From Prevotella sp. (GTDB lineage: Bacteria; Bacteroidota; Bacteroidia; Bacteroidales; Bacteroidaceae): 64,000 nt of DNA. The notes below the pieces were generated by a model, which made no database searches, was not told where the DNA came from, and worked only from the letters and a program-made list of their open reading frames with translations. Both the position numbers and the translations under genes were made by a program. Positions 36,735-47,103 of the stretch are shown here, piece after piece; position 1 is the stretch's first letter; the number at the start of each line of letters is the position of its first letter. The DNA lies in the NCBI GenBank assembly GCA_016901395.1, contig JAEAMQ010000051.1:40614-104613 (forward strand), read 5' to 3'.

Positions 36735-37367
36735 ATGAACCGCCCCGACCATCAGCCTTCTCCGTCCGACCCCGCCCACCGGGAGTCGTCGCGACGCAAC
36801 CGCACCGGCATCTTCGGCGGTAGCTTCAACCCCATCCATACAGGCCATATTTCGTTGGCACGCCAGCTTCTGGAGCAGGCCCAGCTTGACGAAATATGGT
36901 TTGTTGTTTCTCCCCTCAACCCCCTTAAGAAAACCACTTCAGACCTGCTCGACGACGATTTGCGTCTTGACATGGTCCGTCACGCCCTCGCTGGCGAGCC
37001 TCATCTCATGGTCTCCGACTACGAGTTCCACCTTCCCCGCCCCTCATATATGTGGAACACGCTACAGCATCTCTCTGTCGACTACCCCGACCGTGAGTTT
37101 GTTCTTATCATAGGTGCCGACAACTGGCAGTCTTTCGACCGCTGGGCACGCCCCGACTATATCCGCTCTCATTACGAAATCGTGATATATCCCCGCACAG
37201 GCTTCCCCATTGATGAAGCCTCATTGCCACAAGGCATCCGTCTTGTCAACACACAGCTCTACCCCATCAGCAGCACCCTAATACGCCAAAAGGTGAAAGC
37301 CCATGAGCCTATCGACGCTCTCGTGCCCCTTGCCATTCACGATTTGGTGCTCCGATACTATCGATAA
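36735..37367 (+). CDS. nadD: Nicotinate-nucleotide adenylyltransferase
   Basis: GIFGGSFNPIHTGH and the ISST.IR motif (ISSTLIRQK). Confidence 0.9.
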   Translation: MNRPDHQPSPSDPAHRESSRRNRTGIFGGSFNPIHTGHISLARQLLEQAQLDEIWFVVSPLNPLKKTTSDLLDDDLRLDMVRHALAGEPHLMVSDYEFHLPRPSYMWNTLQHLSVDYPDREFVLIIGADNWQSFDRWARPDYIRSHYEIVIYPRTGFPIDEASLPQGIRLVNTQLYPISSTLIRQKVKAHEPIDALVPLAIHDLVLRYYR

Positions 37368-37800
37368 GTCACCACGCAATGGCATACAATCCGCCGGCAA
37401 TGTCATGATCGAACAGAATCTTCCGACCATGATTGTGCAACGATTCTGCCCCTGCATCCTGCTTATCATTCTACGATCCAAGCCTTTCGCTGTCTAAACA
37501 AAACACCCCTACATCACCGTCACTATTGTTTTTCCAATGAGCTTCCAAAAGAGTTTTTGGAAGAATACAACTCTCGTTTCCGGCAAAACCTTACAAACGC
37601 AAACATCATGCAATATAATAGCATCTCATAATCCATCCAAAACAAAGCTAAAAATCGCCACTAACTTATATTTTGTAACATTATATCTGATTTACGTTAC
37701 ATATTGACACAAATCAAGAGCAATACGCAACAAACATTAAACTATATTAAAAAGCAAGCAAACAAAAGCTATCTATTCTTTCAAAAAGAAAATAAATAAG

Positions 37801-37808
37801 TAATTTTG
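37801..37808 (+). promoter_or_regulatory. -7 box TAATTTTG for gltB
   Basis: Matches TAnnTTTG, 41 nt upstream of the ATG at 37849. Confidence 0.55.
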
Positions 37809-37848
37809 CAAACAGATTGACAAACAATTGAGGTTTTATAATTACAAA

Positions 37849-40800
37849 ATGCGAACTGATATGGCAAAAGGATTGTACAACAGCCAGTATGAACACGACG
37901 CATGTGGCGTGGGCATGGTGGTCAACATTCATGGTAACAAGAGTCATCAATTGGTAGACAGCGCACTGAGAACGTTGGAGAATTTGCGCCACCGCGGAGC
38001 CGAAGGAGCCGACGGCAAGACCGGCGACGGAGCCGGTATCCTGCTCCAGATACCCCACGAGTTTATCCTGTTGCAGGGCATTCCCGTGCCCGAGCGCGGC
38101 AAATACGGCACGGGTCTGGTGTTTCTGCCTAAGGAAGAGCAGGCGCAGCAGACCATCCTCTCGATTATGATTGAGGAGATTGAGCGTGTGGGGCTGTCGC
38201 TCATGCACCTGCGCAACGTACCCACCAACCCCGACTGCTTAGGCGAGTCAGCCCTATCCTCGGAGCCAGACATCAAACAAGTGTTTATTACGGGCGTGGC
38301 CGACGACAAGGTTTCCACCTTTGAGCGCACCCTGTATATTGTTCGCAAGAAGATCGAAAACCGTGTGGCGCGACTGTCTGCCCCACTGAATGTAGCCGAC
38401 TTTTATATCTGCTCGCTGTCGAGTCAGACCATCGTCTATAAGGGAATGTTGTCGAGCCTGCAGCTCCGCCAGTATTTCCCCGACCTCACCAACAACTATT
38501 TCACCAGTGGCATTGCACTGGTGCACAGTCGTTTTTCGACCAACACCTTCCCCACCTGGAGCCTTGCACAGCCCTTCCGCCTGCTGGCCCACAACGGCGA
38601 AATCAACACCATCCGGGGCAATCGCGGATGGATGCAGGCCCGCGAGTCGGTGCTCTCGTCGGAGGCTTTGGGCGATGTGAGCGCCATTTCGCCCATCGTC
38701 CAGCCCGGCATGAGCGACTCCGCCAGCCTGGATAATGTGTTTGAATTCTTCGTGATGAGCGGCCTTTCGCTGCCCCATGCGATGGCCGTGATGGTGCCCG
38801 AGAGCTTCAATGACAAGAACCCCATCAGCGAAGACCTCAAGGCTTTCTATGAGTACCACTCTATATTGATGGAGCCTTGGGACGGTCCGGCGGCGCTGTT
38901 GTTCAGCGACGGACGCTATGCCGGTGGCATGCTCGACCGCAACGGTCTGCGCCCCGCACGCTATACGATTACCAAAAACGATATGATGGTGGTGGCATCC
39001 GAGGTGGGTGTCATCGATTTCGACCCCTCCGAGGTGGCCGAAAAGGGCCGCTTGCAACCCGGAAAAATCCTGCTTATCGATACCCAGGAGGGCAAAATCT
39101 ACTACGATGGCGAAATCAAGGAACGCCTGGCCTACGCCCATCCCTACCGCCAGTGGCTCAACACCAACTGCATCCAGTTAGAGAAGATACACAGCGGACG
39201 CAAGGTAGACAACGCCATTGCCGACCTGAAGGCCAAGGAAACCGAGTTTGGATTTGGGCAAGAGGACATCGAGGCTACCCTCGTGCCGATGGCCACGAAG
39301 GGTCAGGAGCCTACGGCGTCGATGGGAAATGACACGCCGCTGGCCGTATTGTCGGACAAACCGCAGATTTTCTTCAACTATTTCCGTCAGCAGTTTGCAC
39401 AGGTCACCAACCCGTCAATCGACTCCATCCGCGAGAAACTCGTCATGAGCCTCACCGAATACATCGGTCGTGTGGGTTCGGGCATATTGAATCCCGACGA
39501 GAGCAACTGCAAGATGGTGCGTCTGCCCCATCCCATTCTGACCAACACGCAGCTGGATATTCTCTGCAACATCCGCTATAAGGGCTTCAACACCATCAAA
39601 CTTCCCATGACGTTTGAGAAGGTGTCGGCCTCCACCGGCAGCCAGCCCTCGGCCAAAGAGCAGGGTGAGAAACTCGGCGAAGCACTCGACCGCCTCTGCC
39701 GCGACGCGGAGAAGAGCGTCGACGAAGGTTACAATTATATCATCCTTTCCGACCGCGACGTCGACGATACCCATGTGGCCATACCGTCGTTGCTGGCCGT
39801 GAGTGCCGTGCACCACTATCTCATCAGTGTGGGAAAACGTGTGCAGACGGCGCTGATTGTGGAGAGTGGGGAGATCCGCGAGGTGATGCACGCCGCCCTG
39901 TTGCTGGGTTATGGCGCGTCGGCCCTGTGCCCCTACCTCACCTATGCGGTGCTCGACGACCTCGTGAAGCATGGCAAAATCCAGGAAAACTATGCCACCG
40001 CCGAGGCCAACTACATCGGTGCGATGAAGAAAGGTCTGTTCAAAATCATGGCCAAGATGGGCATCAGCACCATCCGTTCGTACCGTGGCGCACAGATTTT
40101 CGAGAGCATCGGACTCTCTGAAAGTCTGTTGCGGGCCTACTTCGGCACGGAGGTGAGCACCATTGGCGGCATCGGTCTCGACAAGATTGCACAAGATGCC
40201 ATCGCCCTCCACAGCGAGGCCAAGCAGCTCGGTGCACAGAAAGACGCGCCGCTGCCGTTCCCAGGCCTGTTCCATTGGCGTGCCAACGGCATCGAACATG
40301 CCTGGAATCCCGACACCATCGCTACCCTGCAGCTGGCTACCCGCAAAGGCGACTACTCGCTTTTCAAGAAATATACAGCGCTTGTTGATAAGAAGAAGAA
40401 TCCTATCTTCATCCGCGACTTCTTTGAATTCAAGCACAATCCCATCGACATCGACAAGGTGGAGCCGGTGGAAAGCATCGTAAAGCGGTTTGTAACCGGT
40501 GCGATGAGCTTCGGCGCACTGTCCAAAGAGGCCCACGAAGCCTTGGCTCTCGCGATGAACAAACTGGGTGCACGCTCCAACACCGGAGAGGGAGGCGAAG
40601 ACAGCCACCGCTTCCACGCCACAGTAGACGGCATCAGCCTCAACAGCAAGACCAAACAGGTGGCCAGTGGTCGCTTTGGTGTGACCACCGAATATCTGGT
40701 CAATGCCGAGGAAATCCAAATCAAGGTGGCCCAGGGAGCGAAGCCCGGCGAGGGCGGACAGCTGCCCGGTTTCAAGGTCGACGAGGTCATTGCACGCACC

Positions 40801-42414
40801 CGTCACTCCATTCCCGGCATCAGCCTGATCTCTCCTCCACCCCACCACGACATCTATTCGATCGAGGATTTGAAACAGCTCATCTACGATTTGAAGAACG
40901 TCAATCCCCGCGCGGCTATCTCGGTGAAACTCGTTGCGGAGAGCGGCGTGGGCACCATCGCCGCGGGAGTGGTGAAGGCCAAGGCCGACCACATCGTCAT
41001 TTCGGGTTCTGAGGGCGGCACGGGAGCCAGTCCTTCGTCGAGCATGCGATTTGCCGGCATCTCGCCCGAGATAGGTTTGGCCGAGACACAACAGACGCTT
41101 GTGAAAAACGGCTTGCGCTCATTGGTGCGCCTGCAGAGCGACGGACAGCTCAAGACCGGCCGCGACATCATCTCCATGGCACTGCTCGGCGCCGAGGAAT
41201 TCGGGTTCGGCACCGCACCACTGATTACCCTGGGCTGTGTGATGATGCGCAAATGCAGTCAGAACACCTGCCCCATGGGTGTGGCCACACAGGACAAGAC
41301 GCTGCGCGGCTACTTCCGAGGGAGCTATAAATACGTGGTCAATTTCTTCACGTTCATGGCCCAGGAGGTGCGCGAGTACTTAGCCTACATGGGCTTCACA
41401 AGCCTTGATCAGATCATCGGCCGCACCGACTTGATAGAGACCAAGCCATCGGTTCTCGACTTCAACAGACTGTTGACGAAGGAGACGGGCGACGTTTCCT
41501 ATTATAACACGAAGTCTCAGGAGCACGAGTTGGAAGACGTTCTCGACCAGCGTCTCATCCAGAGCACACAGGCGGTGATACGCCATGAGAGCGAGGAAGT
41601 GAACTTAGACTTCGCCATCCACAACACCGACCGGGCCGTGGGTGCCATGCTCAGCGGATATATTGAGCAGCAGCGTAGCCTCGAGGCCGCCCGCAACGTG
41701 AGCGAGGGACAGCCCTTACCCCCCGAGGGACTGGGCGACGCGATGATCAATGTGAAGTTCAAGGGCGCGGCTGGACAGAGTTTCGGTGCCTTCTTGGTGA
41801 AGGGCGTGGACTTCAAACTCGAAGGCGAGGCCAACGACTACTTTGCCAAAGGCCTGAGTGGTGGACGCGTCTCGATACTCCCGCCCATCCGCAGCAACTT
41901 CGCTGCCGAGGAGAATATCATTGCCGGCAACACCGGACTCTACGGCGCAACGAGTGGCGAGCTCTACATCAACGGTAAGGTGGGTGAGCGCTTCGGCGTG
42001 AGAAACTCGGGTGCCACAGCCGTCATCGAGGGTGCCGGAGACCACTGCTGCGAATACATGACAGGCGGACGCGTGGTCGTTCTGGGCGAGACGGGCCGCA
42101 ACTTTGCCGCCGGAATGAGTGGCGGTGTGGCCTACGTGTGGGACAAAAACCACAACTTTGACTACTTCTGCAACATGGATATGGTGGAAATCAACCTCGT
42201 GGAGGAAAGCAGTTATCGCAAGGAACTGCACGAACTCATCCGCCAGCACTACCGCTACACGGGCAGTAAGCTCGCCCGGACGATGCTCGACGACTGGAAC
42301 CGCTATGTGGAAGACTTCATTCAGGTGGTGCCCATCGAATACAAGCGCGTGCTCCAGGAGGAGCAGGTGAAGAAACTTCAACAGAAGATCACCGACATCC
42401 AGCGCGACTATTAA
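37849..42414 (+). CDS. gltB: Glutamate synthase large subunit
   Basis: The N-terminal amidotransferase Cys lies in EHDACGVG, and the FMN and GXGXG domains are colinear. The track start is TTG at 37828; the first ATG is 37849 and another ATG lies at 37861. Confidence 0.95.
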   Translation: MRTDMAKGLYNSQYEHDACGVGMVVNIHGNKSHQLVDSALRTLENLRHRGAEGADGKTGDGAGILLQIPHEFILLQGIPVPERGKYGTGLVFLPKEEQAQQTILSIMIEEIERVGLSLMHLRNVPTNPDCLGESALSSEPDIKQVFITGVADDKVSTFERTLYIVRKKIENRVARLSAPLNVADFYICSLSSQTIVYKGMLSSLQLRQYFPDLTNNYFTSGIALVHSRFSTNTFPTWSLAQPFRLLAHNGEINTIRGNRGWMQARESVLSSEALGDVSAISPIVQPGMSDSASLDNVFEFFVMSGLSLPHAMAVMVPESFNDKNPISEDLKAFYEYHSILMEPWDGPAALLFSDGRYAGGMLDRNGLRPARYTITKNDMMVVASEVGVIDFDPSEVAEKGRLQPGKILLIDTQEGKIYYDGEIKERLAYAHPYRQWLNTNCIQLEKIHSGRKVDNAIADLKAKETEFGFGQEDIEATLVPMATKGQEPTASMGNDTPLAVLSDKPQIFFNYFRQQFAQVTNPSIDSIREKLVMSLTEYIGRVGSGILNPDESNCKMVRLPHPILTNTQLDILCNIRYKGFNTIKLPMTFEKVSASTGSQPSAKEQGEKLGEALDRLCRDAEKSVDEGYNYIILSDRDVDDTHVAIPSLLAVSAVHHYLISVGKRVQTALIVESGEIREVMHAALLLGYGASALCPYLTYAVLDDLVKHGKIQENYATAEANYIGAMKKGLFKIMAKMGISTIRSYRGAQIFESIGLSESLLRAYFGTEVSTIGGIGLDKIAQDAIALHSEAKQLGAQKDAPLPFPGLFHWRANGIEHAWNPDTIATLQLATRKGDYSLFKKYTALVDKKKNPIFIRDFFEFKHNPIDIDKVEPVESIVKRFVTGAMSFGALSKEAHEALALAMNKLGARSNTGEGGEDSHRFHATVDGISLNSKTKQVASGRFGVTTEYLVNAEEIQIKVAQGAKPGEGGQLPGFKVDEVIARTRHSIPGISLISPPPHHDIYSIEDLKQLIYDLKNVNPRAAISVKLVAESGVGTIAAGVVKAKADHIVISGSEGGTGASPSSSMRFAGISPEIGLAETQQTLVKNGLRSLVRLQSDGQLKTGRDIISMALLGAEEFGFGTAPLITLGCVMMRKCSQNTCPMGVATQDKTLRGYFRGSYKYVVNFFTFMAQEVREYLAYMGFTSLDQIIGRTDLIETKPSVLDFNRLLTKETGDVSYYNTKSQEHELEDVLDQRLIQSTQAVIRHESEEVNLDFAIHNTDRAVGAMLSGYIEQQRSLEAARNVSEGQPLPPEGLGDAMINVKFKGAAGQSFGAFLVKGVDFKLEGEANDYFAKGLSGGRVSILPPIRSNFAAEENIIAGNTGLYGATSGELYINGKVGERFGVRNSGATAVIEGAGDHCCEYMTGGRVVVLGETGRNFAAGMSGGVAYVWDKNHNFDYFCNMDMVEINLVEESSYRKELHELIRQHYRYTGSKLARTMLDDWNRYVEDFIQVVPIEYKRVLQEEQVKKLQQKITDIQRDY

Positions 42415-42417
42415 GGC

Positions 42418-42572
42418 CTTTGAACTTTGAGGTTTGAACTTTGAACTTTTTGATTACAAGAGCAACAAGATTGCCAAAGGAATAAAAACAAGTTCTGAGT
42501 TCAACAAAAAAGCCTCACAGTTCAATGCGCAAATCTTAAAGTTTAAAGTTCAATATTCAAAGTTCAAAGTTT
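42418..42572. repeat. Long imperfect inverted repeat built from TTTGAAC units, filling the gltB-gltD spacer
   Basis: The left arm is 42418-42450 and the right arm is 42538-42572. By hand count 28 of 32 aligned positions are complementary. The spacer holds extra GTTCAA copies. Confidence 0.8.
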
Positions 42573-42575
42573 ATT

Positions 42576-43985
42576 ATGGGTAATCCAAAAGCATTTTTGA
42601 CCATAGGCCGACAGGAAGCCGGCTACCGACCAATACACGACCGTATCCACGACTTCGGCGAGGTGGAACAGACGCTCAACAGCAACGATCGCCGACAGCA
42701 GGCCTCACGCTGCATGGACTGTGGCGTGCCGTTCTGCCACTGGGCCTGTCCGCTGGGCAACCGCCCGCCCGAATGGAACGATGCCATCTACAAGGGCGAC
42801 TGGGAACTGGCCTACCAGCTCATGACCGAGACCAACGATTTTCCTGAGTTCACCGGCCGCATCTGTCCGGCACTCTGTGAGAAAGCCTGCGTGCTCAACC
42901 TCATGAACCATGAGCCCACCACCATCCGCGAGGACGAATGCGCCATTGCCGAGCATGCGTTCACCGAGAATTTCATCCGTCCGCGCCACCCCGAGCGCAA
43001 CGGAAAGCGTGTGGCTGTCATCGGCGCCGGACCCGCAGGACTCAGCGTGACCACCCAACTCAACCAGCGGGGATACGAGGTGACGGTGTTCGAAGCGCGT
43101 GAGGATGCCGGCGGACTGCTCCGCTATGGCATCCCCAATTTCAAGTTGAACAAGGCCGTCATCGACCGCCGCATGGAGGTGTTGAAGGAAGAAGGCATCA
43201 TCTTCAAGTATGGTGTGAAGGTGGGCTACAGCTCCGCCGACACCCAGGCCCAGATTGACGGCGATTTCTCCAACGCCAAGGAGCAGGCCTACGTGGACCA
43301 GCTGGCCCAGGAATACGACGCCGTAGTCATCGCCACCGGCACGCCGACGGCCCGCGATCTGAAAGCCCCCGGCCGTGAACTCAAGGGCGTTCACTTCGCC
43401 TTAGAGATGCTGTCGCAGCAGAACCGCGTGCTCGCCGGACAGGAATTTGGCAAAGACGACCTCGTGAATGCCAAGGGTAAGGACGTGCTGGTCATCGGCG
43501 GTGGTGACACCGGCAGCGACTGTATCGGCACCTCCCACCGTCAGGGCTGCAAGAGCGTGACCCAGATAGAGATCATGCCCAAGCCCGTGGAGGGGCCCGA
43601 AGACCCCAACAGCCCCTGGCCCAACTGGCCACGCACGCTTAAGACCACCTCAAGTCATGAGGAAGGATGCACGCGTCGATGGAACATGAACACGCTGGAG
43701 TTTATCGGCAAGAACGGCAAGCTCACCGGCGTGCGGGTGCAGCCTATCAACTGGAAGCCCAATCCCGAGGGTGGCCGCCCCATCATGGTGGAGGCCGGCA
43801 AGCCCGAGGTAATCAAGGCCGAATTGGTGTTGCTGGCCATGGGATTCCTCAAGCCGCAGCATCCGGAGCTGCCCGCCAATGTCTTCGTCACCGGAGATGC
43901 CGAACGCGGAGCATCACTCGTGGTGCGCGCGCTGGCCGACGGCCGCAAGACCGCTGCCGATGTAGATCACTTTCTGACTAAATAA
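42576..43985 (+). CDS. gltD: Glutamate synthase small subunit (NADPH)
   Basis: The Cys clusters CMDCGVPFC and CPALCEKAC, plus the dinucleotide fold VAVIGAGPAG. Confidence 0.95.
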   Translation: MGNPKAFLTIGRQEAGYRPIHDRIHDFGEVEQTLNSNDRRQQASRCMDCGVPFCHWACPLGNRPPEWNDAIYKGDWELAYQLMTETNDFPEFTGRICPALCEKACVLNLMNHEPTTIREDECAIAEHAFTENFIRPRHPERNGKRVAVIGAGPAGLSVTTQLNQRGYEVTVFEAREDAGGLLRYGIPNFKLNKAVIDRRMEVLKEEGIIFKYGVKVGYSSADTQAQIDGDFSNAKEQAYVDQLAQEYDAVVIATGTPTARDLKAPGRELKGVHFALEMLSQQNRVLAGQEFGKDDLVNAKGKDVLVIGGGDTGSDCIGTSHRQGCKSVTQIEIMPKPVEGPEDPNSPWPNWPRTLKTTSSHEEGCTRRWNMNTLEFIGKNGKLTGVRVQPINWKPNPEGGRPIMVEAGKPEVIKAELVLLAMGFLKPQHPELPANVFVTGDAERGASLVVRALADGRKTAADVDHFLTK

Positions 43986-44189
43986 ATCTTTAGAAACAGT
44001 TCGCTGCGTCTAATGGGGCGAGCCGATAGTTCGCTCTCATGAAAACGCTAAACACCCCAGGAGGCCGTTGATGGTTACTTGGGGTGTTGATGTCTTTGGG
44101 CGGCGGCGACCACTCTGCACACACCTGACACACACCATCTCATACCCGCGAAAGGACTATGAAAGAATAGGACAAAAGCCTTTCTCAGA

Positions 44190-44420
44190 TTTGCGTATTT
44201 TAAAACGAAAAACTTTTTGCAGGAAATACGGCGAAAATGGGCCTGTTTTTAAGCAGTTGATTACCAGCATGTTGTAATTACTTGACAAAAAACGTTTCAC
44301 GAATACTATCGAATCGCATCACGAATACTATCGAATCGTCAAGCGTTAAGGCCCTAATCGGGAAGTGAAAAGGGCCTGTCAGAACGTAGGAAAGGCCTCA
44401 AAAAGCAGAAAAAGGCACTT
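44190..44420 (+). repeat. Dispersed TAATCG-rich intergenic element, copy C
   Basis: Contains TTGTAATTACTTGACA, then ACGAATACTATCGAATCG twice, then AAGCGTTAAGGCCCTAATCG and GTGAAAAGGGCC. It is colinear with copy B. Confidence 0.75.
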
Positions 44421-44698
44421 TTTCATGGTGAAAACCCATAAGATTTGTACGTTCAACAGCCCTTCTGACAGGAAAGTCCCCGTCGTCATCCGCTCATTGA
44501 TGATTTTTTTTTCGAACGTTTTTTCAGAATATTTCTTACACCACACCATACTGCCAGTACCAGATTCTTATTGCTTTTTTGATTTCAACGCATCCTTTTG
44601 CTATGCAATAAATAAAAAGATGGTACAAATAGTAAGCTATATTTACCCTTTCGGGTTAATTTATCTACAATAATCTTGTTTTATTGAACAGATTAGTT

Positions 44699-44706
44699 TA
44701 ATTTTG
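44699..44706 (+). promoter_or_regulatory. -7 box TAATTTTG for GSIII copy 2
   Basis: Matches TAnnTTTG, 30 nt upstream of the ATG at 44736. Confidence 0.55.
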
Positions 44707-44735
44707 CATCATAAATATAAAATGTTTGTTTGACC

Positions 44736-46925
44736 ATGGCCAACTTAAGATTTGACGCGGTGGCTGCAGCCTTCCGCAAGCGTCCTTTAGACACAATAGC
44801 ACCGATAGAACGTCCTTCCGAATATTTCGCACGCAAGGTTTTCAACCGTCAGAAGATGTACAAATATCTGCCTTCTGACATTTACGAAAAGCTCATCGAT
44901 GTCATCGACAACGGCGCACGACTGGACCGAGGCATTGCCGATGCTGTGGCCAAGGGCATGAAGCAATGGGCAGAGGAAAACGGCGTGACCCATTACACCC
45001 ACTGGTTTCAGCCGCTGACGGAGGGCACTGCCGAGAAGCACGATGCCTTTGTGGAGCACGACGGCAAGGGCGGCATGGTGGAGGAATTTTCCGGTAAGCT
45101 GCTGGTGCAGCAGGAACCCGACGCGTCGAGCTTCCCATCGGGTGGCATTCGTAACACGTTTGAGGCACGCGGCTATTCGGCCTGGGACCCCACATCGCCC
45201 GTGTTTATCATCGACGACACCCTCTGCATACCCACAGTGTTTATCTCTTATACCGGCGAGTCGCTCGACTACAAGTCACCGTTGCTGCGCTCGCTGCACG
45301 CACTGAACACCGCCGCGACCGATGTGGCCCGACTGTTTTATCCCGACGTGAAGAAGGTGCAGACCAATCTCGGCTGGGAACAGGAATATTTCCTCGTGGA
45401 CGAAGACCTCTATCTGGCACGCCCCGACCTGATGTTGACGGGCCGCACGCTCATGGGACACGACGCTGCAAAGAACCAGCAGATGGACGACCACTACTTC
45501 GGCACCATCCCCGAGCGTGTGCAGGCCTTTATGAAAGACTTAGAGGTGCAGGCCCTGGAGCTGGGCATACCCTGCAAGACACGCCACAACGAGGTGGCAC
45601 CCAACCAGTTTGAGCTGGCCCCGATCTTCGAGGAGTGCAACCTCGCCGTAGACCACAACATGCTGTTGATGTCGCTGATGAAGAAGGTGGCCCACAAACA
45701 CAACTTCACCGTGCTGCTCCACGAGAAGCCGTTCAAGGGCATCAACGGGTCGGGCAAGCACAACAACTGGAGTCTGGCGACCGACACGGGCATCCTGCTC
45801 CATGCACCCGGCAAGACTCCCGAGGACAATCTGCGCTTCGTGGTGTTTATCGTGGAGACGCTCATGGGTGTCTATCGTCACAACGGACTGCTCAAAGCGT
45901 CGATCATGACGGCCACCAACGCCCACCGTCTGGGAGCCAACGAGGCACCGCCCGCGGTCATCTCGTCGTTTCTCGGCAAGCAGCTTTCAGACCTGCTGGA
46001 GCATATCATGAAGGCCGACAAGGAAGAACTCTTCACCCTGAAAGGCAAACAGGGTATGAAACTCGACATTCCCGAAATTCCCGAACTGCTCATTGACAAT
46101 ACCGACCGCAACCGCACCTCACCCTTTGCCTTTACCGGAAACCGCTTCGAATTCCGGGCTGTGGGGTCTGAAGCCAACTGCGCCTGCTCACTGCTGGTGC
46201 TCAACTCGTGTGTGGCAGAGGCGTTGACCGATTTCAAACAGCGGGTGGACAAACTCGTTGCCGGTGGTGAGGACCTCACGAGTGCCATCATCGACATCGT
46301 GCGCGAGGACATCAAGACCTGCGCTCCGATACATTTTGACGGCAACGGCTATAGCGAGGAGTGGATTGAGGAAGCCGCACGGCGCGGCCTTGACACCGAG
46401 AACTCCTGTCCGGTGACCTTCGACCGCTATCTCGACGAGGACAGCATCAAGATGTTTGAGTCGATGAATGTGATGCATGAGAATGAGCTTGAGGCACGCA
46501 ATGAGGTGAAATGGGAGACCTATACCAAGAAAATTCAGATTGAAGCACGCGTGATGGGCGACCTGACGATGAACCACATCATCCCCGTGGCAACCCATTA
46601 CCAGAGCCAATTGGCCAAAAACGTGCAGAACATGATTGATATCTTTGGTGCCGAGGAAGCCGCATCGCTCACCGCCCGCAACAAGAAGATCATCCGTGAG
46701 ATAGCTGAACGCACACAGATTATAGAAACTGGTGTCGAGGATCTGGTCAATGCGCGCAAGGTGGCCAATAAGATTGAAAGCATGCGTGAGCGTGCCATCG
46801 CCTACCACGACATCGTAGCCACAAAGATGGAAGAGATACGTTATCAGATAGATAAGCTCGAACTTATCGTGAGTGACGAGCTCTGGACGCTGCCGAAATA
46901 TCGCGAGTTACTCTTCATCCGATGA
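44736..46925 (+). CDS. glnN: Glutamine synthetase type III, copy 2
   Basis: A 729-aa protein from ATG 44736 (MANLRFDAV); the track start at 44730 is TTG. It is colinear with copy 1 over the full length. Confidence 0.95.
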   Translation: MANLRFDAVAAAFRKRPLDTIAPIERPSEYFARKVFNRQKMYKYLPSDIYEKLIDVIDNGARLDRGIADAVAKGMKQWAEENGVTHYTHWFQPLTEGTAEKHDAFVEHDGKGGMVEEFSGKLLVQQEPDASSFPSGGIRNTFEARGYSAWDPTSPVFIIDDTLCIPTVFISYTGESLDYKSPLLRSLHALNTAATDVARLFYPDVKKVQTNLGWEQEYFLVDEDLYLARPDLMLTGRTLMGHDAAKNQQMDDHYFGTIPERVQAFMKDLEVQALELGIPCKTRHNEVAPNQFELAPIFEECNLAVDHNMLLMSLMKKVAHKHNFTVLLHEKPFKGINGSGKHNNWSLATDTGILLHAPGKTPEDNLRFVVFIVETLMGVYRHNGLLKASIMTATNAHRLGANEAPPAVISSFLGKQLSDLLEHIMKADKEELFTLKGKQGMKLDIPEIPELLIDNTDRNRTSPFAFTGNRFEFRAVGSEANCACSLLVLNSCVAEALTDFKQRVDKLVAGGEDLTSAIIDIVREDIKTCAPIHFDGNGYSEEWIEEAARRGLDTENSCPVTFDRYLDEDSIKMFESMNVMHENELEARNEVKWETYTKKIQIEARVMGDLTMNHIIPVATHYQSQLAKNVQNMIDIFGAEEAASLTARNKKIIREIAERTQIIETGVEDLVNARKVANKIESMRERAIAYHDIVATKMEEIRYQIDKLELIVSDELWTLPKYRELLFIR

Positions 46926-47015
46926 TGATCAGGAACGGAGGGAGGTCTCTGTCCACATACCTACGGGGACATGAGGCGCTTCTCTCCTGTCTTTGTCTCT
47001 CACTCTAAAAATATC

Positions 47016-47044
47016 AACGGGAATGCTTTGCATTTCCGTTTTTT
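47016..47044 (+). terminator. Rho-independent terminator of GSIII copy 2
   Basis: AACGGGAATGC-ttt-GCATTTCCGTT has one mismatch and is followed by TTTT. Confidence 0.65.
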
Positions 47045-47047
47045 CGT

Positions 47048-47055
47048 TACCTTTG
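47048..47055 (+). promoter_or_regulatory. -7 box TACCTTTG for the PL11 gene
   Basis: Matches TAnnTTTG, 49 nt upstream of the ATG at 47104. Confidence 0.5.
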
Positions 47056-47103
47056 CATCATAATCCTTTCATTTTCATCTACAAACCAACTAAAAACTTA
47101 AAA

